Virus record (IMG/VR): IMGVR_UViG_3300043399_000632
Coordinates: 1-57,766 of that record
Direction: 5' to 3' (one strand)
Source of the DNA: a virus
Taxonomy: Duplodnaviria > Caudoviricetes
Length of the DNA: 57,766 bases
Part shown: one piece after another, positions 28,543 to 38,578 of the stretch
How the letters are laid out: the number at the start of each line of letters is the position of its first letter
Numbering within the stretch: position 1 is the first letter of the stretch
Position numbers and translations under genes: made by a program
Notes under the pieces: model-generated
Databases searched by the model: none
Seen by the model: only the letters and a program-made list of their open reading frames with translations
What the model was told of the DNA's origin: nothing

Positions 28543-29510
28543 AGCCTATCTCCTACATAAAATTTTCTAAATGCGTTTTCCAAGCTGTCAGTCCATTTCC
28601 ATTGATCCATTTTTCCGTATATATTGAACCCGTCTAGATTTCCAAATCGATCATAGGCTTCCTGAATACTGCGACCTGGTATAATATCGGGGTAGCAGCT
28701 GAATATCACTGGATTTTTCACATCGGGCAACACATGTTTCATTACAATATGATCTCCCATCCCACAATCTAATACAACGATTGTATTATCTTTAAACTCC
28801 ATGTAATTATGGAAAATATAATCATCCCTTCTAAACATTTCAGCGTCTTCACTTCGGACGCCCCCAGTTTTATTCTTTAAATGCCAAGTCACCGCATCAG
28901 GAACCACATATATTTCGTAGCCGCGCTGCTTTAGTCCGTATGTAAATAGCGTTTCTTCTCTAAAAGCAGCTCTGCTTAGTGCCAAATTGTAATCATGTAT
29001 ACCCGCCCTATACAAAAAAGAACAGTGCAAATGATCAACCGATCGTTTTTCTTTAATGTAATCCCACTGGATACTGGGTTCCCAGATATCTTCAATTCTC
29101 CCTGTTGAATTTTCAACAGGGGCGAATGGCGGAGTTAGTACAGAGCCACCGACCGCACCTACGGTAGGTGTGACATGGCTCCAAAGGGTCTCTAACACGT
29201 TTGGTTCCGGAATAGTATCATCATCGACTCGCCATACCCAGTCAAACCCCCGGGTGTTTGCAACCTGATGGTTGTGATGCTGCCCTTTTCTTTTACCGAA
29301 AATCACTTCCCAGCCAATACCTTTCAAGTCTAGCATGGAGAATAGGTACTGATAACACTGGATTTCTCTCAAATCTTTGGCATCGTCATTGTCATCAAAA
29401 ATGATCAAATGATCTGGTTTCTTTGTCTGGCAGAGAACTGCCTGAATAGCCATCGGCAGTGACGTTTCATATCTCCCCCGAGTTGAGATCGAACATAAAA
29501 TTTTACTCAT
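28539..29510 (-). CDS. GT2/GT-A glycosyltransferase with a C-terminal GT9-N-like domain
   Basis: IFDD and RVDDD (DxD); C-terminal VLDCGMGDHI. Confidence 0.75.
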   Translation of the reverse strand: MSKILCSISTRGRYETSLPMAIQAVLCQTKKPDHLIIFDDNDDAKDLREIQCYQYLFSMLDLKGIGWEVIFGKRKGQHHNHQVANTRGFDWVWRVDDDTIPEPNVLETLWSHVTPTVGAVGGSVLTPPFAPVENSTGRIEDIWEPSIQWDYIKEKRSVDHLHCSFLYRAGIHDYNLALSRAAFREETLFTYGLKQRGYEIYVVPDAVTWHLKNKTGGVRSEDAEMFRRDDYIFHNYMEFKDNTIVVLDCGMGDHIVMKHVLPDVKNPVIFSCYPDIIPGRSIQEAYDRFGNLDGFNIYGKMDQWKWTDSLENAFRKFYVGDRL

Positions 29511-30124
29511 AGTTTTTTAGCAACAACAGTTAAAATATTTTGAGGCTCTTTGCCTTGTCTTATCACATCTTCAATGTATGAATGTGTAATCACCCTATAC
29601 CCCTGAGACTCGACAAATGCTGTTAGGGACTCTTTGTTAAAATGATGCAAGTGTTCGTTGGGTTTTCTGTGTTTCCAGTTAGTAAACCACTCATCGTCGT
29701 CTGGGTATTTGCAATTTGGAACTGAAATCACAATGTAATTACAGTCTAATCGATTTAGAAAATCAATAGATTCAAAATGCTCTAAAGAATCATAAAATGT
29801 GATAATGTCATAATGACCATCAAACATCGTTTCAGATTTTACACAATTTTCAGGTAAGTGATTCCAAATTAAATCATAACCTGAGCATATGTTAAATTGT
29901 CTCTGGCAGGCTCTTAAAAAATCTCCGTTACCAAACCCTACATCCAAAACCGTTGTTAATTTATTAATATCCGGAATCGCCCCGTTAATATATCCCAATC
30001 TTAAATAAGACAGCCAATGGGATAAATCCCGAATCCTATTGTATTCTATTCCATAATCTTTTATAAATGGATCATGTAATTGCTGGTGTAAAACTCCATA
30101 CGCATCTTTAAAATAATTATTCAT
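29507..30124 (-). CDS. Class I SAM-dependent methyltransferase
   Basis: VLDVGFGNG, YDIITFYDSLEH, ISVP, EHLHHF. Confidence 0.85.
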   Translation of the reverse strand: MNNYFKDAYGVLHQQLHDPFIKDYGIEYNRIRDLSHWLSYLRLGYINGAIPDINKLTTVLDVGFGNGDFLRACQRQFNICSGYDLIWNHLPENCVKSETMFDGHYDIITFYDSLEHFESIDFLNRLDCNYIVISVPNCKYPDDDEWFTNWKHRKPNEHLHHFNKESLTAFVESQGYRVITHSYIEDVIRQGKEPQNILTVVAKKL

Positions 30125-32172
30125 TTTGGTTTCCGTTCTCCATGATAGCCAATAATCTTATCAGTATACTTCAATTTAGTAGTTGCTAACACTGCGGAGA
30201 TAAAATCAAAATCATGGGTGATTCTTGCGCCGGGAGTGTGTATCCATTTCTCTACTTGCGGTTTTGCTAGATCTACTCGAATCATAACATTTAGCGTGTC
30301 TATGCATGTAAATTTGACTTCAGTTTCCGAAATATCCCACGGATCGGGCAAAAATACATCAAATTTATCCATATAAATTTTTCCGACCGATATCCCATGT
30401 GTGTCTTTTACAGGTTCGATATTTCGAATATGTGTTTCGAGGTAGTCTTGATTAAATGTGTTGTCGTCATCCAAGAAACACACGTATTCGTTATCAGTAG
30501 ATCGGATTGCGTTTAATGCCGACATCCGCGGCAGGCCACCTAACTGCCCCTCGTGTTCAACACAGCTATAACGAATTCTAGAATCTCCTAAATGTTTGAT
30601 GTAATAGTATACATCCTCATCATGCCCGTCAGCAACCACGTGGTGAATATAATTTTGATAGGTTTGTGATCTCACAGAATCTATGGCTTTCTTAAGTTTA
30701 TCAAATCTCTTGTGAGTCGCTGTGACTATGTGGACTAATGGGTTAAACTGATTATATGTATTCGCCAATTCGGGAACATTTATTACACTATCCTCAAATT
30801 TATCAAAAGCAATATAGTTCACGTTATCATAATGGTAGCAATATCCACCTTTTATCAGCACATCGGTAACCCAGTGGCTTGGCATATAGCACTCAACGTT
30901 TCTTTTGTTAATCGCAGCGGCTAATGGCATACTTCCTGAATAAGTACAAAGAAACTTTTTACAAGAATTGATAATATCTATGTACTCAAATAGGTCCTTA
31001 GGTGTATAATCAACTCGAGTTATAACACAATTGGTATTATGTGCTAACGCAAATTTTAAATAGTCATCTTTAGGCCATTTTACGCTTTCTGAATTAAAAT
31101 CTATGAAAGTTTTATCCTGCCATTCTGGTAAGAACTTAGGCGTATAATAAATCTTAGGATATTGATTGTAAATTTCATGCCATAATGAATACTCAACTCT
31201 AGCCGTATAATTTTTGTTAGGATGGGTAATTGGATATGTAGAATTCAACCGCTCATCGACATTTAGGGTTGGCTCATAATTTGAGTACCCCTTAATGAAC
31301 GGGTTCATGTCTATTAGCTGTTTCACTTCATCATTACGATACCCTTGCTGATTAGAAATGTAAACATCGTACCCTTTATTTGTAAATATTTCAGGAAGCG
31401 TAGAATGAACAAGATTATCTCCAAGACCGGGATATGTATGTTTTAAAATAATTTTATTTTTAAGAGGAGTTCTAGTTTTACTGTGTAAAAGTCTATAATT
31501 GTTTTTGGAATCCTCTTCCAAATCAATAGTCACTAGTGTTTTATCGTGTGCTGTGCCTTCTCCCACATGCCAAATTGGAAAATCGTTCACATAATGTGTT
31601 CCGCTTTCAGATAATGTCGATATTGATGTTACGTTCTTTAACTTGTATTCTGCGTATTCAGTTCGATAGCAGAATTCAACGTCTTCTTGTCCGCCAGTTT
31701 TGAAATCTTCATCCAAAAGACCTAACTCATCAAATAGTGATCTGCGAATCATTACACAGAAAAATATAAGGAAAGTACGTTCAGTAATCGGAGAATGCTG
31801 ACTTAGAACACCAGTGATTCCCATTTTGGGATCTTCAAACGGCGCAACTAGTCTTTCTAGCCATGAGTTCATCGGTTGATCTAAGATCACAGTATCATTG
31901 TTTAACAAAACAATAAACTCACCACTAGCAAGTTCAATGCCGCGATTAGTTGATCTAGCAAACCCCAAAGGCTCGTCAGACCAAGCAACTTTAACATTAT
32001 TGTGTACTCTTTGCAAATCTCGAAGGTACTGTGCTGTATTATCTGTGCAGCCATTTGCAGAAACTACAACTTCAAATTCTCCAGGATTTGAGAATTTATA
32101 TATAGATTCAATACACGGTTTTAAAAAATCATCACAATGATTATAAGTGGGGATTACTATACTGTATTTCAT
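30121..32172 (-). CDS. Multidomain glycosyltransferase (GT2 - GT9-like - GT2)
   Basis: SIVIPTYN/LLNND/EDVE; central GLGDNL...YSGSMPLA; C-terminal IVTAT/VADG/FLDDDN. Confidence 0.8.
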   Translation of the reverse strand: MKYSIVIPTYNHCDDFLKPCIESIYKFSNPGEFEVVVSANGCTDNTAQYLRDLQRVHNNVKVAWSDEPLGFARSTNRGIELASGEFIVLLNNDTVILDQPMNSWLERLVAPFEDPKMGITGVLSQHSPITERTFLIFFCVMIRRSLFDELGLLDEDFKTGGQEDVEFCYRTEYAEYKLKNVTSISTLSESGTHYVNDFPIWHVGEGTAHDKTLVTIDLEEDSKNNYRLLHSKTRTPLKNKIILKHTYPGLGDNLVHSTLPEIFTNKGYDVYISNQQGYRNDEVKQLIDMNPFIKGYSNYEPTLNVDERLNSTYPITHPNKNYTARVEYSLWHEIYNQYPKIYYTPKFLPEWQDKTFIDFNSESVKWPKDDYLKFALAHNTNCVITRVDYTPKDLFEYIDIINSCKKFLCTYSGSMPLAAAINKRNVECYMPSHWVTDVLIKGGYCYHYDNVNYIAFDKFEDSVINVPELANTYNQFNPLVHIVTATHKRFDKLKKAIDSVRSQTYQNYIHHVVADGHDEDVYYYIKHLGDSRIRYSCVEHEGQLGGLPRMSALNAIRSTDNEYVCFLDDDNTFNQDYLETHIRNIEPVKDTHGISVGKIYMDKFDVFLPDPWDISETEVKFTCIDTLNVMIRVDLAKPQVEKWIHTPGARITHDFDFISAVLATTKLKYTDKIIGYHGERKPK

Positions 32173-32207
32173 AAGTGTGTATATTTACTACGCAGATAAT
32201 CTTCGAT

Positions 32208-32618
32208 TCATTTTGTTAGTGTATATTTTATGATCTCTGACCATTTTTTTGAATCCAGTTCTGTTATACGAAGATCGTAATACTTGGGAGGATTAAAAAG
32301 AGAGTTGGTATCTTCATACCTACCTCGATCTATGGTATCCATCCATATCAAATAGTCTGGATCAAATACGGCACGCATTTCATCAATGGGAGCAACGAAA
32401 TCGCATATCACATACTGTTGAGTAGATTTATCAGCAAGCTCGCGCATTCTGTAGCTCTGTCTTAATCGGCCTTCAACAGAGAAATCCCAATCATTGTACA
32501 TGCTTCGGACTTCATCTGCGTTGAACCATTCAACATGTGGAAAGAGTAGTATTGCTAATTCACTTGCAAGGGTTGTTTTTCCAGACCCAGGCAATCCCAT
32601 GATTAAAATTCGTGTCAT
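32208..32618 (-). CDS. cysC: Adenylylsulfate (APS) kinase-like P-loop kinase
   Basis: GLPGSGKTT, NADEVR, DWDFS.EGR.RQ, CDFVAP; in the same cluster as two sulfotransferases. Confidence 0.7.
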   Translation of the reverse strand: MTRILIMGLPGSGKTTLASELAILLFPHVEWFNADEVRSMYNDWDFSVEGRLRQSYRMRELADKSTQQYVICDFVAPIDEMRAVFDPDYLIWMDTIDRGRYEDTNSLFNPPKYYDLRITELDSKKWSEIIKYTLTK

Positions 32619-34309
32619 ACAGTTTTCCTAATTAATTTTCCAACATCTGGCAAATACAAATAGTGTATATCACTTCTAATAAGTGTAGATACTGCGTCAA
32701 AAATTGTTTCCACTAAGGGCTCGCCTGCTAGATTAAAACTGGTATTAAACAGAATAGGCACACCCGTTTTTGTATAGAACGCTGATATCAGATCGTAGTA
32801 GTGTTTATTGTCTGAAGAACTAACTGTTTGAATTCTACAAGTCCCATCAATATGCGTGATTGCGGGTATATGATGAATCTTCTCAGAACGGACGTCAACT
32901 GCGTACATCATGTACGGGCTTTTTTCTAGTCCAGCTAAATCAAACCAATCATGCGAGTGTTCCTCAAGTACTGATCCGGCAAAAGGTCTAAACCATTCTC
33001 GATGTTTCACTTGATTAACAAAATCTTTACCGTCCGATCTCCTCGGATCAAATAGTATGCTACGATTGCCCAATGCTCGAGGGCCAGCTTCCGAAAGACC
33101 TTGGAACAGAGAAACTATTGCGCCATCGACTAATAATGATGCGACCTGATCATGCGTTGAATCAATAATTTCAATATTTTCAACGGTATTCTCAATATAT
33201 GTTAAGTGAGAATAATCTGGTGTTGTGCCAAGATAGGCAGTTGTCAATGGGTGCGGAATTTCATCGTTTGAATGAACATGCCACGCAAGTTTTGCCAACC
33301 CAATTGCAGTCCCGCCATCGTGGCTCACGGGGTCTATGTAGAACTGTATTCCTGGAAAATGTTTTGCGAGCTTGAAGTTTGCTACACAATTTAGACCAAA
33401 CCCCCCGGATATAACTACATTAGTCTCACCGCTTATCTCAATGGCTCTCTTGACTAAGTCGATTAGTTGAGACTCAGCCTCTCTCTGCACACTAAACGCA
33501 ATATTCTTCTCAACAGAAGTAATTGCCGATGGATCCGTATGCCATACAGTTGCGGAGGACTCTCGCTTCAAATAAGAAAACCTATCGGAATCGATGAATG
33601 CACCTGCCGGATAATGTGGTTTTAGGAAATTTTTATTCCCCTTGCCTTCAATGAAGAACTTGGGAATATTCGGATCGTTCTCGCCATACGGCGATAATCC
33701 CATAGTCTTTCCAGCCTCAATAAATCCAAAACCCAAATAATCGCTGACTGCTTCGTATGCCTTAGTGAGGGTTACTGAATCGTCATATTCGTGTACGCCG
33801 TCTGTATAGTAAGAACTCGAACTACCCGAATATCGTTTATAAAGTGTCTCGAATGCGTTTGGATAAGAGCATTTGTAAATAGACTCAGTTTCAAATCCGC
33901 CTACTTCAATTTCCCCAACAGACTTTTTTACATAAGATCCTGCTCCGTCGATGACGACTGCTACAGCGGTATCGAAACCAGATCCATAAAACGCACTTGC
34001 CGCATGTCCCAAATGGTGGACATGTCCCATTTTTGTAACTTTAATTTGTGGGTTGAATTTCCTTGCTAACGCACTGTATGGATCTTCTAGTGTCCATGGC
34101 AACACTGGCAACTCGTTACTAGTTCCACCGATCACTAGTTCATCAATGTTAAAATTAAGTAAGACCTGAAGCATTCCCCGAAACGGATTCCCATCATACT
34201 TGAGTCTGCTAAGTCGCTCTTCCTCAATGTAGAATTTTAATTCCCCGTCAACAGTTAGAGCAACTGAACCATTATGCCCAGGGTTTATTGCCATTACTGA
34301 ATAAGACAT
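32615..34309 (-). CDS. O-carbamoyltransferase (NodU/CmcH family)
   Basis: EEERLSR.K, HHLGHA, IDGAG, GKTMGL, SGG.GLNC, GPRALGNRS, KHREWFRPFA, NTSFN. Confidence 0.93.
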   Translation of the reverse strand: MSYSVMAINPGHNGSVALTVDGELKFYIEEERLSRLKYDGNPFRGMLQVLLNFNIDELVIGGTSNELPVLPWTLEDPYSALARKFNPQIKVTKMGHVHHLGHAASAFYGSGFDTAVAVVIDGAGSYVKKSVGEIEVGGFETESIYKCSYPNAFETLYKRYSGSSSSYYTDGVHEYDDSVTLTKAYEAVSDYLGFGFIEAGKTMGLSPYGENDPNIPKFFIEGKGNKNFLKPHYPAGAFIDSDRFSYLKRESSATVWHTDPSAITSVEKNIAFSVQREAESQLIDLVKRAIEISGETNVVISGGFGLNCVANFKLAKHFPGIQFYIDPVSHDGGTAIGLAKLAWHVHSNDEIPHPLTTAYLGTTPDYSHLTYIENTVENIEIIDSTHDQVASLLVDGAIVSLFQGLSEAGPRALGNRSILFDPRRSDGKDFVNQVKHREWFRPFAGSVLEEHSHDWFDLAGLEKSPYMMYAVDVRSEKIHHIPAITHIDGTCRIQTVSSSDNKHYYDLISAFYTKTGVPILFNTSFNLAGEPLVETIFDAVSTLIRSDIHYLYLPDVGKLIRKTV

Positions 34310-35238
34310 TATTTTACCTTCCTATCAATATCAGCAACAATTTTATTGTACAATTCGTTTAGCTCTTGATTTGTAAATTTCATGGTACCTTCATTTAGTC
34401 GATTCGATAGTGTCACATCTAATCCAGCAATCCTAATTGGGCTGTATTTTTTATGTTTGCCGTTTTCTAATATTTGAAAATATCCTGGATATGAAGTGTT
34501 CACTGCGTAAGTAGATCCTAGAATCACAGTCCCAGGAGTGCCAACCGCTCGAGCAATGTGTTGACCTACACTATCGCACCCTATAAAGTAGTCAGCCTCG
34601 GCAATTAGAGCAGCCCATTGTCTAAGATCGCAGGTATATTTTGCCGCCCATGTGTCCTGTTCAAGTTGAAACTCAGGTTCACCAAAAAATATCATGTTGT
34701 ATTTGTTCGATAGTCGCTTTACTAACTCCAAGTAATCATGTTGACTAAGGCTGCGACTTTCGTCATCAACAATACGATCCCTGTCCTTCTTTGCGCCTCT
34801 GCCAAACGGCTGAATTACCACAGTCTTTAGCTTTTTCTGTATGCCTTTTAGATCAAAAATAGTATTCGACGCAATTAGTTGTTCAGATTTATTGAATACT
34901 AGCTGCGGGTATTGTAAATCGCTATGATCAGTAGTCTCATTAATTTCACGATCAAACGCTTGACTTAAACTGATTTCTTGCCTAAAGTACGCCGGATTCC
35001 TATACGGTTCTGGAGTTATCACACGTTCGGCGTGCCTGACTATGTTATCAAACACACCCTTGTTGTCTATGCTATACGTGCGATCTTGTAATTCGGGAAT
35101 CCCCCAATACAGAGAATCCCATGCGGCAACTAGCACTGCCCAATCATCGCCCGGATGTGTTTTTGCGTATTTTAACAAAGCAGGCATTGCACACAATGCT
35201 CGGCCTGCACCCCCATCAATCCAAAATATTGTTTTCAT
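34309..35238 (-). CDS. GT9-like (GT-B) glycosyltransferase
   Basis: IDGGAGR, IQPFG, LIAEADYFIGCDSVGQHIA. Confidence 0.72.
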   Translation of the reverse strand: MKTIFWIDGGAGRALCAMPALLKYAKTHPGDDWAVLVAAWDSLYWGIPELQDRTYSIDNKGVFDNIVRHAERVITPEPYRNPAYFRQEISLSQAFDREINETTDHSDLQYPQLVFNKSEQLIASNTIFDLKGIQKKLKTVVIQPFGRGAKKDRDRIVDDESRSLSQHDYLELVKRLSNKYNMIFFGEPEFQLEQDTWAAKYTCDLRQWAALIAEADYFIGCDSVGQHIARAVGTPGTVILGSTYAVNTSYPGYFQILENGKHKKYSPIRIAGLDVTLSNRLNEGTMKFTNQELNELYNKIVADIDRKVK

Positions 35239-35257
35239 TATTGTCAAACTTTATGTT

Positions 35258-35286
35258 ACTATATAGTATTCAACACTGATTGTCAA
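35258..35286 (-). promoter_or_regulatory. Sigma70-like promoter
   Basis: TTGACA-N17-TATAGT. Confidence 0.7.
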
Positions 35287-36075
35287 TTATTGATATTGCT
35301 TTTCTAGTTCAACAAATCTATAATACAGCTCATCGCCCAGCACTTCGTGAGCAGATTTTGAAGTTTTAGCTAGCGACGACCTAATTGAGTGCATGTTAGA
35401 AATACCCCAAGCAGCCGCGTCATCGTCAACTGTGTCGCTAGAGATGTTGTTAAAGTCGTAATCCCACTCGGGGAGATTTAAAAACTGTTCGATTTTTGTC
35501 AGTTGCTCGAGTGGATTAGTAATCAGCTCATCGTAGTCAATTAACAGCAGACGATCAGCAGCATCCTGTTTAAGTTGCCGCAGCCCTTCCATACAATCCT
35601 GTACCATGTTAAACCACATCTCGGCCATAATGTTTTCGTCAGTCGGCTCGAATCCTCTGCTACGAATTACACGGCTAATGTGATTTGGGTGCTGCTTAAT
35701 TAGCGTAAGCCAAGATGCCATTATGCTAGGTAAGTCTCGAACTGTTGCGATAACTGGGATGTCTTTACCAAATAAGATCGAGGAGGCAGGCATGTTTTTG
35801 CCCCAGCCTCGATTTTTGTCTATAATAATGCTTTCCGGTCTATGCGCCCACATGGCATTAATCATTTCCCTAGTTATGTTTGTTAGTTGATCGGGAACTG
35901 GATTTGCTTTAACTGTTTGTAGACCGTGCCAAATGTTTTGATTCTCAATTAGCTGATCCAGCATGGGGCTAGTGGGCGTTACATATACAGCAGGATTTTG
36001 ATTTAGAATTGCTGCTAACACAGTTGAGCCAGATCGAGGCAGGCCCGACAAAAAGTAGTAGGTTTTCTTAATCAT
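35287..36075 (-). CDS. Sulfotransferase (PAPS-dependent)
   Basis: 5'-PSB loop GLPRSGST, IIDKNR.W, 3'-PB VRD...MAS; ATGA overlap with its paralogue. Confidence 0.88.
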   Translation of the reverse strand: MIKKTYYFLSGLPRSGSTVLAAILNQNPAVYVTPTSPMLDQLIENQNIWHGLQTVKANPVPDQLTNITREMINAMWAHRPESIIIDKNRGWGKNMPASSILFGKDIPVIATVRDLPSIMASWLTLIKQHPNHISRVIRSRGFEPTDENIMAEMWFNMVQDCMEGLRQLKQDAADRLLLIDYDELITNPLEQLTKIEQFLNLPEWDYDFNNISSDTVDDDAAAWGISNMHSIRSSLAKTSKSAHEVLGDELYYRFVELEKQYQ

Positions 36076-36866
36076 TTCCAAAACTCCAACCCCATGTTTG
36101 CGTATTTTTCATATATCTGATCACCTAACACTTCTCGAGGACTGAGGGCAGTTTTGGCCAGTTTAGGGCGAATTGTGTGTAAATTTTCCAACCCCCATGC
36201 TAGCAAGTCATCGTCGCTGTGTGGGTTATCAATGTGGTCATAGTCGTGCTCGTAGTAGGGCAACTCCAAAAAGTTGTAAACACTGCGAATTACTGACTCT
36301 CGGTTGGCAATTAAATTGTCGTAGTCTACTAGATGTAGTACGCTTCTGTCTCGCTCCCACGCTGTTTTAAAACTGTCCCACGGATCTTGAACAAAATCGT
36401 GCCAAAGCACATCTACTCGATTAGCATCGTTTACAGGAATATTTCGTTCAATTAATATGCGATCAATGTAGGTAACACGCTGTTTCGATTCGCGCAGTAG
36501 ACGCATAAAGGAAGCTAGGACACTGGGAATGTCTCGAACAGTTACTAGAAGTTTAGGTTCAATTCCAAAAATAGCTCGAATTGTTTGCGTGTTTCTACCC
36601 CAAGCACGATGTTTGTCTATAATATGTGTTTGAGGAACATGCTCCCAGCAGCCACTAATAATTGCTTGAGAAATAGCAGGTAGTTGTTCTTGAATGGGAT
36701 TAGCAATTACGCTAGGCAACTTGCGCCAAGCTTGCTCGTTTAGATAAAGCAAATCCAACATAGGACTTGTGGGTGTTGTGTACAGCTCGGGATTTTGATT
36801 TAGAATAGATGCTAGCACAGTCGATCCCGACCGGGGTATGCCTGCTAAAAAATAATACTGCTTCAT
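36072..36866 (-). CDS. Sulfotransferase paralogue
   Basis: GIPRSGST, IIDKHR.W, VRD...LAS. Confidence 0.88.
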   Translation of the reverse strand: MKQYYFLAGIPRSGSTVLASILNQNPELYTTPTSPMLDLLYLNEQAWRKLPSVIANPIQEQLPAISQAIISGCWEHVPQTHIIDKHRAWGRNTQTIRAIFGIEPKLLVTVRDIPSVLASFMRLLRESKQRVTYIDRILIERNIPVNDANRVDVLWHDFVQDPWDSFKTAWERDRSVLHLVDYDNLIANRESVIRSVYNFLELPYYEHDYDHIDNPHSDDDLLAWGLENLHTIRPKLAKTALSPREVLGDQIYEKYANMGLEFWK

Positions 36867-37600
36867 TACTCTGTTAAAGTTACTAGGTTTTCTGCTTGTA
36901 CACCCATTACACCGATAACCGGCACTTCATGTATTAGATTAGTATCTAGCACTCTATACATCGAATGCTCAATATCAATAAAGCCGTGATTTATATAAGA
37001 TCCTACCATGGTTTGAAATAGTTTTTGATAGTTTTCTGTAGCAGTAGGCAGCAGAGATCCGCAAAATGAGTAAAGTCTAGTTTTGTATTGATACTCTGTG
37101 TAGTAGTCTGCTATGTTTTGTAGTTGACTGCCCGGATTGTTTTTATCATCGTGGTAGTACCTAACACCAGCTTCACGAGTTTTTAGTACATACTTTCCGG
37201 GAACATTGTGCACAGATTGATCAAATTGATCTGAAATTTCATATCTACCACTTAATTTATAAACACGACTTACATCAGTTGGCAGTAGTTTACACGCCTC
37301 ATGTAACATTAGTGACTCGCACGGTCCTTTAATGTACATTACATTAACATTTTGATTGTGCGCAAATTGCACAGTGGGGTGATAGGTAAAATCCATAACA
37401 TCATCATACACTGCCATTAGTGCCCGGCGTTGCGCAAGTGTTAGGGGATACTTTCCACCGTCTAGAAGTATAACATAAGCACCGGGAATATGCCGCTTAA
37501 TGCTAGCAGCAGAGTCTAGTGTTTGTTGAAATCTAGTTTGCGGATCTACAAGTCCGGATTCTACATTCAATCCCGAAGTAACTAAAGCAATATTACTCAC
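36866..37600 (-). CDS. Hypothetical protein, possibly GT-A-like
   Basis: RFQQT..S..S, KLSGRY, DIEH; located within the transferase island. Confidence 0.55.
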   Translation of the reverse strand: MSNIALVTSGLNVESGLVDPQTRFQQTLDSAASIKRHIPGAYVILLDGGKYPLTLAQRRALMAVYDDVMDFTYHPTVQFAHNQNVNVMYIKGPCESLMLHEACKLLPTDVSRVYKLSGRYEISDQFDQSVHNVPGKYVLKTREAGVRYYHDDKNNPGSQLQNIADYYTEYQYKTRLYSFCGSLLPTATENYQKLFQTMVGSYINHGFIDIEHSMYRVLDTNLIHEVPVIGVMGVQAENLVTLTE

Positions 37601-37961
37601 TTTGATCCTTTAGCATGTTAGGAATTCGCGGGTGGTGCTGCTTTCTACAGTCAAATTGACGGCAAGCTAGTGGGCGAAAGTCGTATATTGAGCAAGCACC
37701 GTCAACAAACAGCCCACAACCTCCAGACTTATTTCTAAAGATTGTAACGATTGGGCCTACTTGGGGATTTTCCGCTAGCTGTTCAGGCGAGGGTTGAGTT
37801 AGACTAATAGGGTAAACGCCACTCGACACCTCAGCAGGTGTTAGATAAGGTGCTAGCTGCTCGCAGCATAGCACACAATTGCCACACGGTACATCAGCAA
37901 TAGGTTCGTCGTTAGTAACCGATGTTAGATTAATGTTAATAATTTGATACTGTGCTCGCAT
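37593..37961 (-). CDS. YkgJ/FliB-like cysteine-cluster protein
   Basis: CGNCVLCC...CGLF..GACSIYDFRPLACRQFDC. Confidence 0.82.
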   Translation of the reverse strand: MRAQYQIININLTSVTNDEPIADVPCGNCVLCCEQLAPYLTPAEVSSGVYPISLTQPSPEQLAENPQVGPIVTIFRNKSGGCGLFVDGACSIYDFRPLACRQFDCRKQHHPRIPNMLKDQSE

Positions 37962-38578
37962 TACTCGCCTTTAATAAAAAACACCTGCGTTAGGCGACCG
38001 TCAGCTAGAGTGTTACCAAAGTATTTGTTGGATTTGTGATAGGCAATGCCCGGGTACATAATTAGTCGATTGTAAACATTGCCCACAACATCAACTGGAG
38101 TAAACAGGCGATTGTACAAGTCAGTTCTCTCAACAGTGTTAATAGTTTTTAGTGTGTTATAGCCTTCTTGATCACTCATGTAACTGGTCCACTCGTCCGG
38201 ATCATTACACCTGTAAAGAGTAGTGCCAGACTCTACAGGCGCATTAGGAGTTAGATACAACACTGCTGCTAGGTCAGTATCATTGTCTTGATGTACCCAA
38301 CTGTCGCCATCTGCTTGCGTAGACAGTTGAAAGTAGGATCGAATCGACGCATTAGTTACTCTAAAGTACTGTGAGGCAATGTTGGCGATCTGTGTAAGCA
38401 CGGTGTCTGCGTAGGATTTATCTAAGTCTGCCACATGTAGTGTGCGCCTGCCTGGCCAATCAGTGTGGGCGTTATACATTTCAGTAAACTCTTGCGCAGT
38501 GTAGTAGGGGTGTGAGAGTGCCCATGTACGCACAATGTCCGCGTAGGGTAAAAAGTTATCTAGTATTAGTGCGCTCAT
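37961..38578 (-). CDS. 2OG-Fe(II) oxygenase (DUF6445-like)
   Basis: WVHQD (HxD), AAVLYL, SGT, YNRL, YH, RLTQVFF. Confidence 0.82.
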   Translation of the reverse strand: MSALILDNFLPYADIVRTWALSHPYYTAQEFTEMYNAHTDWPGRRTLHVADLDKSYADTVLTQIANIASQYFRVTNASIRSYFQLSTQADGDSWVHQDNDTDLAAVLYLTPNAPVESGTTLYRCNDPDEWTSYMSDQEGYNTLKTINTVERTDLYNRLFTPVDVVGNVYNRLIMYPGIAYHKSNKYFGNTLADGRLTQVFFIKGE

